A DNA stretch of 63,104 nucleotides, the filler included, from Psammoneis japonica (lineage: Eukaryota): the NCBI GenBank assembly GCA_008632985.1. It is 4 parts of 4 records of this genome, joined end to end, with 100 filler letters (N's around TTAATTAATTAA, not from the genome) between each part and the next. Parts side by side here need not be neighbours in the genome. Positions count along the whole stretch, not along the records: positions 16,021 to 31,770 come from QPGO01000492.1; positions 31,871 to 47,516 come from QPGO01000489.1; 2 more parts are not named here. One strand, 5' to 3'. The position numbers were made by a program, and so were the translations under genes. Below are positions 29,366 to 42,486 of the stretch, in pieces. The notes beneath the pieces are model-generated. The model saw nothing but the letters and a program-made list of their open reading frames with translations. It made no database searches and had not been told where the DNA came from. Numbering within the stretch: the first letter of the stretch is position 1; the number at the start of each line of letters is the position of its first letter.

Positions 29366-30551
29366 ATGAATATGAACGACAGTGGCGACTCTAATCCAAC
29401 AGTAATACGTGACTTGTCAGGGTTGCGAAAGAAAGCATCGAAGATCTTATCAGAGTTGGATGAAGAAATCAAAACCCAAGAAGCAGAAACAACAGCATAC
29501 AAGTCTTGGGTTCGTGGCCACGTTGATCTTGAAAAAGAAGAACAAATAAAGCTTCCAACAGAATCATGCCGTTTCTTTGATTTGAATGGGTTTCTAATGA
29601 TAAAGAATTTTGCTCTAGCGCTCGAAATTGACGATATGAAGTGCCAAATGCAAGAGCTGACTCGAGACTGGAATCCCTCGCAGAAGACTGCATCGTTTCG
29701 TACCGATGAAGAATCCAACAAGACGCAGGGATCGGACGATTACTTTTTGGAATCCGCATCACGAGTTCATTTCTTTGCGGAACCACATGCCTTGAATGAA
29801 AACGGAGAGCTATTGCCAGAGTATCAGGGAGACAATAAGATGAATGCTCTCAACAAGGCGGGTCACGGTATGCACATGATACCCGGGGCTTTCTCCGATT
29901 ATTGCACCAGCACCAAAGTACGCGAGTTGGTTTCCAGTTTGGGTTGGACCGATCCGGTAGTACCACAAAGCATGTATATATTTAAACAAGCGAAAATCGG
30001 TGGTGCGGTGAACTCTCATCAAGATTCCACCTTTCTGTACACGACGCCACGACAATCGTGTTTGGGTCTGTGGCTAGCTCTCGATGACGCCACGTTGGAG
30101 AATGGATGTCTTTGGGTGAGACCCAAGTCGCACTCCGAGTCGGTGAGACGTCAATTTTGTAGGAATCCAGAATACTTTGGACAAGACGCCATTAACGCTG
30201 GTTCCAATGTTGCTACTGGGGATTTGCGCAAGGACAAAATGATCATGGAGCATTTAGTGGAAGATCACGAGGTGCCTTGGGAAGGACTCTTGCCGGACAT
30301 TCGGAATTGCCGCATTGTAAGGACTCTTGGATGCAGGATTTGTTCCAGTCGAGTGTCAAGCCGGTGATTTGCTGGCCTTTTGCGGCGAGTTGGATCATTT
30401 GAGTCTCCCCAATCATTCCAATGCTCCACGACACACCTTTCAGCTGCATCTCGTGGAGGGACCCGAGGCGGGAGTCACGTGGTCAAAACAGAATTGGTTG
30501 CAATATCCTCCGGACAAGCCTTTCTTGAGCATTGCAGGAAGTAGCGACTAG
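29366..30551 (+). CDS. Phytanoyl-CoA dioxygenase domain protein (PHYHD1-like); one apparent frameshift near 30320
   Basis: QSMYIFKQ.KIGGAVNSHQDSTFLYT, GLWLALDDATLENGCLW, HLSLPN.S..RHTFQLH, NWLQ. Confidence 0.9.
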
Positions 30552-30946
30552 GCCTACAATTATTTCAGGGACACTGAATAGGGGTTGTATAGCATGTTGG
30601 CATATGCATGCATGCGGTCGAAAGGTTGTGTCCTCTACTGTTCCAAAGACAGAGACTACGCATTCTGCACTAGTAAAGTTAAACTAGACTACCGTGTTTT
30701 CCGTAAGTCAAAACCTAAAAGCCCTACAAGCCGTTCTCAGGCATTGCCACATAATGCCGCACGTTCATTGTGGTGAAGAGGAGGCGCTACCGTACCGACA
30801 CTTGGACCGCGAGGGAAAATTGTTGGACAANCAATACAGTAGTTGCTACACGCTACACATGCAGAGAATGCCAGCAATCGCTTTCTAGGATATTGTAACG
30901 TACTTATGGGTTCCAAATTATAGCCCCTGCACTGTAGAGGAACAAA

Positions 30947-31770
30947 CTATGGTGTCGTGCTTTTCTTGTGGTACCTTTTCCGTACATATCGCTTCAGAGC
31001 GTCCCGCTCAATTGCTCTTCTAGACTTCATACCCGGTTCACTCTTTGTCGTGTCGACGGATGCAAAATCACTCGCCCGACTGTCAACATCAAAATCGTGA
31101 AGCCATTGCGTGGCTTCTCCCAAGTTGGCGGTTTCCGTAGACATGGAATCGTCCATATGCCGCGGTGAACCAAAAATACCCTCTTCTTCCGAATGGTGTT
31201 CACGAATCGAGGGGAAGCCATTGCTCTTTTCGTCCATGGGTATGAAACCACTGTCTTCAAATCCATGGTCTCGATTGACACCGTTCTTCTTTTTTTTGGC
31301 GACGATCTTGTTCTTTGCATGTCGCGTGTACGCATCTCGTCCTTGAGACGAGCCACTTCCATGTTTTTGTCACGCAACTCGGCTTCCAGCTGACCCTGTC
31401 GAGCAACCAAATCATCATTCTTGCGAGTCAAATAGTCTACATTAGCGCTGAGTTCATCATCTTGGCTGCAAACTCAGCATGACGCTGAGAAGAATCGCGG
31501 TGCGATCGCTCCTGATAATAGCTCTTGATTTCTTGAGCCGATGCAATAGCCTTGGTCGCAATCGTCTTGGCGTGCTCCAATTCCTCCTCGCGCTTTTCCA
31601 GAATCTCCGTCAGTGAGTCGAGTTCTCATCGCGATGTGATACCTCTTCAATCAATTGCTCTACGGCGTCGTCCACTTGGGCCTTTTTGTCCTGTCTACTC
31701 GCTTGAGCTCCCGAGCTGTGCTTTCCAATGATTTTTCTGAATCGCCAGCGTGCTTCCAACTCTTTCATAG
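30947..31770 (-). CDS. Partial coiled-coil protein (3' part), frameshifted; 5' end in the gap
   Basis: Overlapping ORFs 31027-31431 and 30947-31237 with coiled-coil composition. Confidence 0.5.
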
Positions 31771-33614
31771 NNNNNNNNNNNNNNNNNNNNNNNNNNNNNN
31801 NNNNNNNNNNNNNNTTAATTAATTAANNNNNNNNNNNNNNNNNNNNNNNNNNNNNNNNNNNNNNNNNNNNAAAATGAAAATTTCAACCAATGTGCCTTTG
31901 TGTGTTCTTCTGCAAACAGGAACGAATCGCTCCAGTGCTGCTGGAATTGAACTCCGAGTGGAAGAAGCTCAATCCGAGCAGTGCTTCAAGAAGGAACACT
32001 GTGTTTCATCTACAAAACAAGAAGATTCGTTCTAACACGATCCATCTCAAGTGCCTCAGGACCAAGGACTCTGCAAGTGCACAGCATTGTCAAAATGTCT
32101 GCACCATGTCATGACTGGATAAAATTTCAGGTCATGAGTCGATCAGGTCCAAGAAACACATCTGCTGTTCAAGGAGAGACTGTTGGAGAGTTTTTAGAGA
32201 CCAACTCAACGAGCCTCGAGTCTGAAGACCAAGAAGGAACAGTTGAAAAGTGCTTCAAGAGTCTCTTGACTCATGTCTTCTGAGGAAATGCACTTCAGAA
32301 TCAGAGTCATTGTTTTCGAGATGATCTGAAGAAACCAAAGGCTCTCAGCAGCGAGAGAGTGCCCGTTAGACCCAAGAGGTCAATGAAGAGTGTCCACACA
32401 ACCCTTCAATCGATTCTAAGTTGGATCTGTCAGGAAACTGAGCTGTCAGCTGTCAGCTGTCACTCGCACCACAAGGATGGTGACATCAGTCGACTGCCCA
32501 CAATGCTGAAATGCTGGAACATGCTCTTGATGAGCTGATTGAGTTTTGAGTCATCTGGAAGTCATTTGTGACGTCTGTGACAACAAACCATGTCAAATCA
32601 GGCTCTGATGGCGGAGTTGATTCCAAAACCAAAATGGCTCCAAATTTGGTTCCAAAAATGGTCTCCTGCATGGCACCTGAACAATCCAAAGTGAATGAAA
32701 GGTGCAATCTTTGAAAAAAGAACACCTGCATCACGGATTGAAGCCATTCTGAAAATGAGCTGGCAAAAGAGTGCAAGGGTGACTCTGAAAGAGACCCAAA
32801 AATGCACCGTTCAAATGGCAGTCGCACGTGGTCATGTCACGACAATGAAAATGCCGTCAGCAAAAAAGAGTTGAATGTCATGATTGATCAGGCGGTTCAA
32901 AAAACACTCAAAGCGAGTTCCTCAAACAAAGAAAAAGAGCATGAGGGCAAAGAATTGGATTTTGATGCCCTCAGTGAAGAAAATTGCTAATTTGATTGGA
33001 TGATCCAGAGTGAATCCAAAGAATGATTTGTGTCTGTTCACGAGTTGTGTGCTCTGCTGGATGTCAGGAAGCCCAGAAAAAAGGCAGAAATCATTTGCAC
33101 TGGTCCAGGAGTCATCATTCACATGAATGCTTCCTTGGGGAAGGAGAGAAACAAGCATCTGCATGTTCCTGTCGATGGCGGAACATCATCAACCATGATT
33201 TTGTGCAAATTTGTGCGAAAGTTGAGAACACAAGAATCCGCCACCAAAACTTGGGGAACCAAGGGCGAGCTCTTTACGACTGACAGCAAACACCGAATTC
33301 AGTTCTCACCATGCAAATTTAAGACATGCTGATGTTCAAACAGCATGTGTTGATGGCACAGCATCTTCTTCAAGTCCATGTGACATGATCATGAGACGAG
33401 ACTTAATGTCCAGTCTTGAAATCACATTGGACTGTGCAGCTGAAGAAATTAAAGAGGAAGAAGCAACTGCATCTGTGAAGAATGTTGATCCACTCTTCGA
33501 AGCTGATGTTTCCAGCTGAGTGCCGATCACATTGAAAAATGTGATGCCGTGAATGGAGTTGACAATGGAGCCAATGGTCCTCGACTCACATTGTCACACT
33601 GCCAATCTCAAGAC

Positions 33615-34004
33615 GGGTTCCAGCCCCAGGTGGGACTTTTTGTGACATTGGGCCCGCAGAATTCTACGTGCGAGCTCCGCAGTAAAATTGTTGAGCAATG
33701 CACACATGAATGATCGCCAACAGAAAAAGAGGCAATTTTGCGAACGCATCTCCTCCTCCACACTTGAAGTGCATTCTTTGCAGTGTGCCCGGGTGCACTC
33801 TTTAGACATTAAAGAACACACCCAGCGCATTTTTGTTGACACAAGTGCAGATGACAGAAAGCCTTTGGCTTCACAAAACAGGCAGTGTGGAACAATTTTT
33901 TACAGTGGAACACGCAGAAATGTGCGCGCGAAACATGCGACGGATGACAAAAAACAATTGTGTCACAGTTCAGCAGTGCGAGGTCCCACCCAGAGCTGGA
34001 ACAC
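33615..34004. mobile_element. MITE-like insertion with ~20-bp imperfect TIRs
   Basis: gttccagccccaggtgggac ... gtcccacccagagctggaac; flanked by ATCTCAA on both sides; absent at the homologous position of Gypsy 2 (~59065). Confidence 0.65.
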
Positions 34005-34437
34005 ATCTCAACAATGTGACAGCTGCGGCAACTCATCTGACTCCAGAGGAGCAGAAGCCACTGATCTTCCCTTTGAAAAGATTTAAATCTCTTTTCAATG
34101 GTTCTCTGGGCGAGTGGACCGGAAAACCTCGCAGTGAAATCTGGCTCAAAACTGCATCATGCAAAAGGTTTCCCATTTCCACAAGCCTTGGAGGCAACTC
34201 GCAAGGAGATTGAAAGGCTCTGCAAGCTAAAAGTCCTAAAGAAAAATGAGCCATTCTGAATGGACAGCTCCAACCTTTAAAAAACAGAAAAATGGTTGAA
34301 GCTTGGTTTCTGTCTGACTTTCGTGAACTGAGTGAGAGGCCAGCACGTGCGCCGCATCCTCTGCCAAATGTTCAGGACATGCTTGAGAAACCAGAAGGTT
34401 TCATGTGCATGGCCTCACTCGATTTGAATGTGGGACA

Positions 34438-34601
34438 CTGTCACATCAAATTAAAAAGGCACATGTTGTGCCAACACAAAAATCATGCCGTCTGCTGCCA
34501 CTGCCTGAAAGAACCGTGCTGTCACATCAAACTAAAAAGGCACATGTCGTGCCAACACAAAAATCATGCCGTCTGCTGCCACTGCCCGAAAGAACCGTGC
34601 T
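34438..34601 (+). repeat. 81-bp tandem duplication at the Gypsy RT / Copia gag junction
   Basis: ctgtcacatcaaa...gaaccgtgct occurs twice, period 81. Confidence 0.85.
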
Positions 34602-37600
34602 CATGCACAGATTGCTGCTGCGAAGCACACCGGACGGGGTCGATTTGCTTTTGACCAGTGCATTCAGTGCCATCAAAAGGCTCACAATGACTTGTCTGAG
34701 CTTGATGAGCCGGCAGCCGAGACCAAGAAGGTCTCTGACTTTCTGAAGGGTGTTTCCGACCCCAGGTTGGAAACTGGCAAGAGTGCAGCGGATGGAGACC
34801 CGACGAAGCCAGCGGATTTCGAGGCATGCCAGCAGTGTGTGAAAACTCTGGTGGAAAATGCTGAGAACCGCAACGCTGACACTTGCGGAATCACACCCAT
34901 CCAATGCCGCAACAGCCGGCATGGAAACCCTGGCGGAAAGCACCAACCCAAGAAGGACAAGCCCAGGATCCGGGCAGGCCATTGTCCTGTTGAAGAGTGG
35001 AGTGCTCTTGCAACACACAGCTGCCAATGAGAGTCAATGCATCACGGCGACGTGTTGCAGCCTTTGAATGTCACAAAGGGCGTGACAAAACAACCTTTTG
35101 TCTGCATGCATGCTGCATTGTGAATTCGTGGCGGAGTGGTTCATCGTGTGACCATTGGGCAGGAGGCCAGGGGTTCGAAACCCTGAGTGGGAGTTGTCTG
35201 CAGCAACGTTGATCACTGTCGAACGCGCAAAACTCTGTGCAGTTCTGTGTGTTCCTTCGTGCGCACCCACACTGTTCCGCCAAAACCGTGCAGTGTCAGC
35301 ACACGTTAGTAAAGAGCCGCATGGACGCGTGACACATGGGGAGGAGTGCAACACACAGCTGCCAATGAGAGTCAATGCATCACGGCGACGTGTTGCAGCC
35401 TTTAAATGTCACAAAGGGCGTGACAAAAATGACCTTTTGTCTGCATGCATGCTGCACTCTTGACGGTCCTGAGCGGGAGCAAGTTCAAAAGCTCCGCGAT
35501 GCCAAGAAAGCCGAAAAGAAACGCAAAGCTGCTGCTGCATCCTCTCGGAGGCTGAGTCGGTTGACACCGAAACTCGCGCTGTGAAGAAGGCGGCCATTGC
35601 CGAGCCTGGTTCTCAACCTGCTGATGAGCCAAAGGACTCCGAAGAGTCTGGCAAACCTGCCGCCAATGCAGGCACCCACCTCGGATGCAGCACACATGAG
35701 AAGCCTCAAAAGAAGGAATGGGCAGTTGTGCCAGTGCTGGAGGGCATGGAGCTGAATGTTGCCAAACCTGCTGGCACCATGCATTTGTCTGAGCGATTCT
35801 CAAAGGACACACACGTCTCTTCATCATCTGCTGGAAATCCAGATGATGAAGCAACCACTGATTTGGACTCGCGCGCTGACACGTGTGCTGTTGGGCCCAA
35901 TTTTACAATGTGCTCTGACATCGACAGAACTGTCGTGGTGCACCCTTGCTCCGAAGAGTGCGCACCAATGGAAAACATTCCCATTTGCACGGCTGCTGCC
36001 GTGAGGGTTGATCCAACTGATGGACAGCCACACCCACTGCCAGTCCATGAGGCTGTGTTTTTCGGGGACAAGATGACTGACACTCTCCTGTGCCCCAACC
36101 AACTGCGAGCGAATGGACTGATTGTCCACGACACCCCTCGCCAGTTTGGTCCAACTGGCGCACACTCTGTCTCTTTCTCTGACTCAAAGATCAGGGTGCC
36201 ATTGCAAATGCGAGGTGTTGCTCCAGTCTTTGATTCACACAAGCTGACAAAGGAGGATCTGGAGAACCCCCCCCGGCTGGAACTCACATCACCCCTGAGA
36301 TGGGAGCCTTCTGCTGATGCCCTGGCGCAAAAGGAGGAAGCGCGTGCATGTGCCAGTGTGCCAGTGTGCGCCAAGGACCAGCAAAGTCGGATGGACGGTT
36401 GACGATGATGAATGCGACCAGGTGTGTCGCTTCCATTCATTTGTGCCAAACGCCCCATCATGATGAGAACGTCATTGTGGATGCCAATGATGACGATTCT
36501 TTGTGTCACCGCCTGGTTGCTCAGGTGAATGTCTCCCACAACGACATTGAGGGAGACGGGCCACACGACCGGCATGACCTGGACGTCCACCCGGATTGTG
36601 CCGAGCGGAAACGGGTGCATGCGCTGTCGACCTCGAGTCGTGCATCAACCATCACACCCAAGATGCTTTCTAAAAGGTGGGACATTGGCCTGTCGGCCGC
36701 TGAGAACACCCTCAGAGTGACGACCCAGGCAGGGGTCTGCAATGTCTGCACACCATCCAAACGGAAAGTCCGGAAGAAAGCCCCTTGGCTTGAGTTCCCT
36801 GCTGTCAAGGGACGCTTGCACTCTGACCAGATGTTTTTGAAGGTCAAATCGACACATGGCGAGATGGGAGGAAGTGCGTTCACCAACGGAAGAGGGTGTG
36901 ACAGGCTCCATCCTTGGAAGAGGAAACAGGACCACCCGAATGCCATCATGTTGTTCACACACGACGTTGGCGCACTGCAAGTCCTTGTGTTGGATGGCGC
37001 GCCGGAAATGGCAGAAGGCCAGACCAAAGAGATCTGCAAGGAATGCAGGACACACCAGGAGGTGTCCACCCCGTGCAGCCCCTGGCAGAACCCAGCCAAG
37101 GCATCCATTCGTGAGTTGAAGAAGTGAGTCCGCGTGACTCTACGCCGGACTGGCACTCACAGGCGACTTTGGTCTTATGGCGCCAAATGGACATGTGACA
37201 TCCAACGCATGATTGCGAAAGGCATGTCGGACACGGGGGGACGAGTCCCAGAAGAGGAGGTGACAGGATCAACACCTGACATTTCGTCCCTCTCCCTCTT
37301 TGATTGGCGGCAACCTGTCCATTGCTGTGTGCCTGTGGCAAAGTTCCCACACGAGAAGAAGTGCATTGGCCGTTGGCTCGGAGCAGCTGACAATTGCACT
37401 GATGACATGGCGTTTGTCATTTTGCCTGAATCAGGCAAACCCATCATTCGGAAGGATGCGTGGGCCATGCCGGAGGATGACCTTAAAACTCCAGCGATCC
37501 AGACGGATCTTGCATTGGTCGATCAAGCTTTGATCGAACGGCTTGGCATCCTGGAACAGGGTGCCAGTGCTGACTTCCCTGAACTCCCTGACGACTTCAT

Positions 37601-40219
37601 GGACAAATGGGACGACACCGTTGAACCCGTGGAACAAAACACTTCCAAACCAGAAGCTGATGAGCACACCCTGGAGGGGCCAGATGAGTGTCTCACAGCT
37701 CAAGTCATGTCACCACGCGGAGGGGAGCTGACTCATGCTAGGGTCATTGCACGCAAACGAGATTGCAACGGGGTTCCCATTGGCACTGGGAACGACAACC
37801 CTGTCCCAGACTCGAGGATGTGCAATGTGGAATTTCCTGACAGATCCACTGATTCCTGCACTGCTGACGTGATTGCAGAGAACCTGTTTGCTCAGATCAA
37901 CTCTGAAGGGAATGCCTGCCAGATTGTGAAGGAGACAGTCGATCACCGACGTGATGCCCGTGCCGTGACGGCCGATGACCGGCACATGACGACTGAGACT
38001 GGCAGGCATGCTCCTGGGAGGACAACCACAGGCTGGGACCTGCAAGTCGAATGGAAGGATGGGACTGCATCCTGGGTTCCTCTCAAGGATTTGAAGGAAT
38101 CCAATTCAGTTGAGGTTGCTGAGTGTGCTGCAGCGAACAAAGCAGCCAGTGAACCAGCTTTTAACTGGTGGGTCCAAGATGTCTTGCGTCGCAGGTCAAG
38201 GATCCTGAAGAAAGTCAAGTCGCGCCACTGGAAACGCACGCATGAGTTCGGAATTGAACTCCCGAAATCTGTCAAGGAAGCCATGGAGACAGACAACAGA
38301 ACGGGGACTGACTTCTGGTTCAAGGCTGTTGAGAAGGAAATGCGCAACGTCATGCCTGTGCTCGAATTCCGCGATGACAATGCTGCACCGGTCGGGTGCA
38401 AACACATTGATTGTCACATGATTTTTGACATCAAGAGCACCCTCCAATGCAAAGCGAGGTTTGTGGCCGGAGGCCATCAGACTGATCCACCCAAGGAATC
38501 AACCCATTCCAGTGTGGTGTCGCATGACAGCTTCAGGACAGCATTCACTGTGGCAGCTCTGAATGACCTGGAGGTCCTGAGTGCTGATGTTCAGAACGCC
38601 TGCTTAAACGCGCACACTGAGGAAAAGTGTCACACTGCTGCTGGCCTGGAATTTGGGAAGCAGAGCAAGGGAAGGCCGGTGATCATTGTCCGTGCCTTGT
38701 GTGGTCTCAAGTCTTCAGGTGCAAGATTTAGGGAACATGTGGCAGCTGCTCTGTGAGATGCTGGGTTTGAGTCTTGCAAGGCTGACCCGGATGTCTGGAT
38801 GTGAGCTGCGGTTAAGCCGGATGGCTTCAAGCACTGGGAACATGTGCTTGTCCACGTGGACGACTTGTTGTTTGTCTCCCATGAACCTCAGAAGGTCATG
38901 GATTATGTGAGCTCCAGGTGCACGCTCAAGGATGGAAGTGTCTGCGAGCCGGAAGAGCACTCAGGCGCCCAGATCAGAAAGCACCAGTTGTCTGACTCGG
39001 ATGGCAAGACACGCTGGGCCATGTCCTCTGACCTTTGTGTCAAAAGGGCATTAGCTGATGTTGAGTTGGAGCTTAAGAAAACTGATGGGCATCTTCCGAC
39101 GAAGGCGTCGATGCCCTTGAGCTTGGGACACAGGCCTGAACTGGACGGCTCACCCAAGTTGAACGCCAAAATGGCTGACTGCTGCCAAGGCCTCATTGGT
39201 GTGCTGTGATGGGCAGTTGAACTGGGGCAAGTGGACATTTTTGTTGCTGTCTCGCTCATGTCCTCCCACTTGGCGGCACCACGAGTTGGACACCTGGACG
39301 AGGTGCTCCATGTCTTCGCATGCTTGAAGGCTTGCTCTGAGTCTGCGCTGGTGTTTGATGACACTGAGCCTGTCTTTGACGAGAGTCGCTTTGCCAAGTG
39401 TGATTGGGAAGAACACCACCCTGGCACAGCTGAACCAATGCTGCTGAATGTGCCGGAGGCACGTGGGAATGGCGTGACCACCACTTTCTTTGTCAATGCT
39501 GATCACGCCGGATGCCGTGTGACGTGCAGGTCCCACACTGGGATCCTGACATTCAACAACGAGCTCCCATCTTGTGTTGCTCTGAGTGGCAGAATGCCAT
39601 GGAATCATCCACTTTTGGGTCGGAGTTTGTGGCTGTGAAGACTGCAGTGGAGCAAATTGAAGCCTTTCGCCATGAGCTTCGGATGCTCAGAATCCCCATG
39701 GATGGGGCCACTGATGTTTTCTGCGACAATGAGGCTGTCTTCAAGAACTCAACTAAACCAGAGTCCACTTTGAAGAAGAAGCACAATGCAACTGCCTGTC
39801 ACAGGACTCGTGAGGCACAAGCCACTGGAACAGTGTGCATTGCTTGGGAAGACGGGTGCACAAATTTAGCGGATGTGCTGACCAAGTTGTTGCCTGGACC
39901 AAAGCTCTGGGAAATCACAAGTCATGTCCCATGGTGAGTCCCAAAAGGGGACAAACCGAACGGGTTTGCCGTGCAGGTGTGGCTTTTCCCACCCCCCAAA
40001 ATGAAAATGCTGCCCTGGAATGGGGCAGCATCAGGTTGCATTTGTCTGTCGATCTGGCCCGAGCGGAGCTGGTGTCAGTTCAAGGGGACTGAACAAATGC
40101 TGACACACTGTCATGAACACAGGCAGTTTATGTGCCATTGGCGATTGGTCCACTGTTGCTTGTTCAGTGACCCCAGCAGTGCAACATCTCACAATTCTAG
40201 AACCTGTTGATGCTGTTCA
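34460..40219 (+). mobile_element. Copia B (CoDi-like), 5'-truncated and pseudogenised; putative 3' LTR from 40090 (TGAACA..TGTTCA, end uncertain)
   Basis: Order gag, protease (DLDSRADTC), integrase, RT (KARFVAGGH, HVDD for YVDD), RNase H (NADHAG, SEFVA, DNEAV, NLADVLTK); PPT AAGGGGAC; in-frame TGA stops. Confidence 0.88.
35009..35456 (+). mobile_element. TRIM (miniature LTR element): LTRs 35009-35117 and 35347-35456, 4-bp TSD CTCT
   Basis: Direct repeats TGCA..TGCA, PPT GGGGAGGAG, CTCT on both sides; removing it restores the Copia gag frame WSAL|DGPEREQ. Confidence 0.9.
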
Positions 40220-41934
40220 ACACTCTGTCTTGTCTTGCACCCAATTCTTGGCCATCATGGTGGCATTCATTCAGTCTGTCGGTCTGTCTGTTGACAGGGA
40301 AGTGTGACCTTCGTCCAAGGGGTCAGGCCGGATTTTTGGTGTGTGTCACAGAGAGGGTGCATGTTAAAAAGCATGTGTTAGAGCGAGCAGACTGCACGTC
40401 AAAAGGAAACGTCCATGTGACAATTAAAATCCAACTGACAGATGGTTGAAGTGCAAAAAATCCACAATGGAATTCACAGCCATCACAGGATTGATTGTCA
40501 AGATGAAATGGTCACATCCTTGACCATCATCAATTGCTTGTGAAACGTGGCAGTGCAGCAGAGCAATGTGGCACATGAAGCAAGCCCGCCAAACTGCACA
40601 AAATCCACAAGCAAAGTGAACGCCAGAAACAAGAGCACACATCAAGCACTGGGAAACATGATCCGCACACTTGACTTGCAACACACACCTCTGGATGCTG
40701 AGGATCCTTTTGCTGGAATGTCATCAGCAGCAGCATTTGCAGCACATTCTGTGCATCACACCACTGTGCAAGCCACACCTGGACAAACAGTCTTTGGCAG
40801 AGACATGATGTTCAACGTCCAACATGTCGCAGACTGGAAATTCATCCAGCAGCGAAAACAAAAAATCATGAACAAAAACGACGCTCGAGAGAATGCTTGA
40901 CGTGCTCCTCACACGCACAGAGTGGGGGAGAAAAGATGCTGCACAAACCGAACGGGTTTGCCGTGCAGGTGTGGCTTTTCCCACCCCCCAAAATGAAAAT
41001 GCTGCCCTGGAATGGGGCAGCATCAGGTTGCATTTGTCTGTCGATCTGGCCCGAGCGGAGCTGGTGTCAGTTCAAGGGGACTGAACAAATGCTGACACAC
41101 TGTCATGAACACAGGCAGTTTATGTGCCATTGGCGATTGGTCCACTGTTGCTTGTTCAGTGACCCCAGCAGTGCAACATCTCACAATTCTAGAACCTGTT
41201 GATGCTGTTCAACACTCTGTCTTGTCTTGCACCCAATTCTTGGCCATCATGGTGGCATTCATTCAGTCTGTCGGTCTGTCTGTTGACAGGGAAGTGTGAC
41301 CTTCGTCCAAGGGGTCAGGCCGGATTTTTGGTGTGTGTCACAGAGAGGGTGCATGTTAAAAAGCATGTGTTAGAGCGAGCAGACTGCACGTCAAAAGGAA
41401 ACGTCCATGTGACAATTAAAATCCAACTGACAGATGGTTGAAGTGCAAAAAATCCACAATGGAATTCACAGCCATCACAGGATTGATTGTCAAGATGAAA
41501 TGGTCACATCCTTGACCATCATCAATTGCTTGTGAAACGTGGCAGTGCAGCAGAGCAATGTGGCACATGAAGCAAGCCCGCCAAACTGCACAAAATCCAC
41601 AAGCAAAGTGAACGCCAGAAACAAGAGCACACATCAAGCACTGGGAAACATGATCCGCACACTTGACTTGCAACACACACCTCTGGATGCTGAGGATCCT
41701 TTTGCTGGAATGTCATCAGCAGCAGCATTTGCAGCACATTCTGTGCATCACACCACTGTGCAAGCCACACCTGGACAAACAGTCTTTGGCAGAGACATGA
41801 TGTTCAACGTCCAACATGTCGCAGACTGGAAATTCATCCAGCAGCGAAAACAAAAAATCATGAACAAAAACGACGCTCGAGAGAATGCTTGACGTGCTCC
41901 TCACACGCACAGAGTGGGGGAGAAAAGATGCTGC
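39951..41934 (+). repeat. 992-bp apparently identical tandem duplication (39951-40942 / 40943-41934)
   Basis: Identical ORF translations offset by 992 nt. Confidence 0.92.
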
Positions 41935-42486
41935 TCGAGAAAGACTCACAGAAACTAGAACAGCCCCATGTTGGACCACATGCAACAACAACGGCACACA
42001 CTGATGGCACAGCACAGATCAAACACGGTGACGTCATTGACGCTGTCAACATCCGTCAAATTGCACCGTTCAACAACTGACTCTGATGTGCAATTGGGGA
42101 GGCGAATGCAACATGCATTGTTGTGCACATCATGTGTGCACACACAGAGATGTTAAACAAGTTTGTGCTTCAATTGCACGTCAATTGTGGGTTCGTACGA
42201 AGGACAGATCAATCACATGGAATTGATCGGATGTCGAAAATGGCAAATGCGGTCGCACGATGATGTTGACATCCAATGTGTCAATGTCAATCGCACCTGG
42301 ACAATCTGTTGTCACAATCTTGTTCTCTGAAAAGCCTCTTGTCTGCAGGAACAGTGCAAGTGCTTTGGGCCATTGAGAACCCATTTGGAGAAACCCAAAA
42401 TGATTGAGTGGAAACAAATCTCATAATTTGTCACTTTTCACACTTGACTCTGCTTTTGTTTGCACTCGTTCTTCGAGCATGGTGCA

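Larger units (their letters stand above)
31871..42486 (+). mobile_element. Degenerate Ty3/Gypsy element 1 (5' LTR lost in gap), interrupted by a MITE and Copia B; 3' LTR ~42107-42486
   Basis: RT motif FLSDFRELS..PHPLP.VQDML...SLDLNVGHCHIKL (34292); integrase TPGQTVFGRDM and KLEQPHVGPH (GPY/F-like); PPT GGGGAGGCGAA; LTR and internal region homologous to the reverse complement of 49368-61209. Confidence 0.85.
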
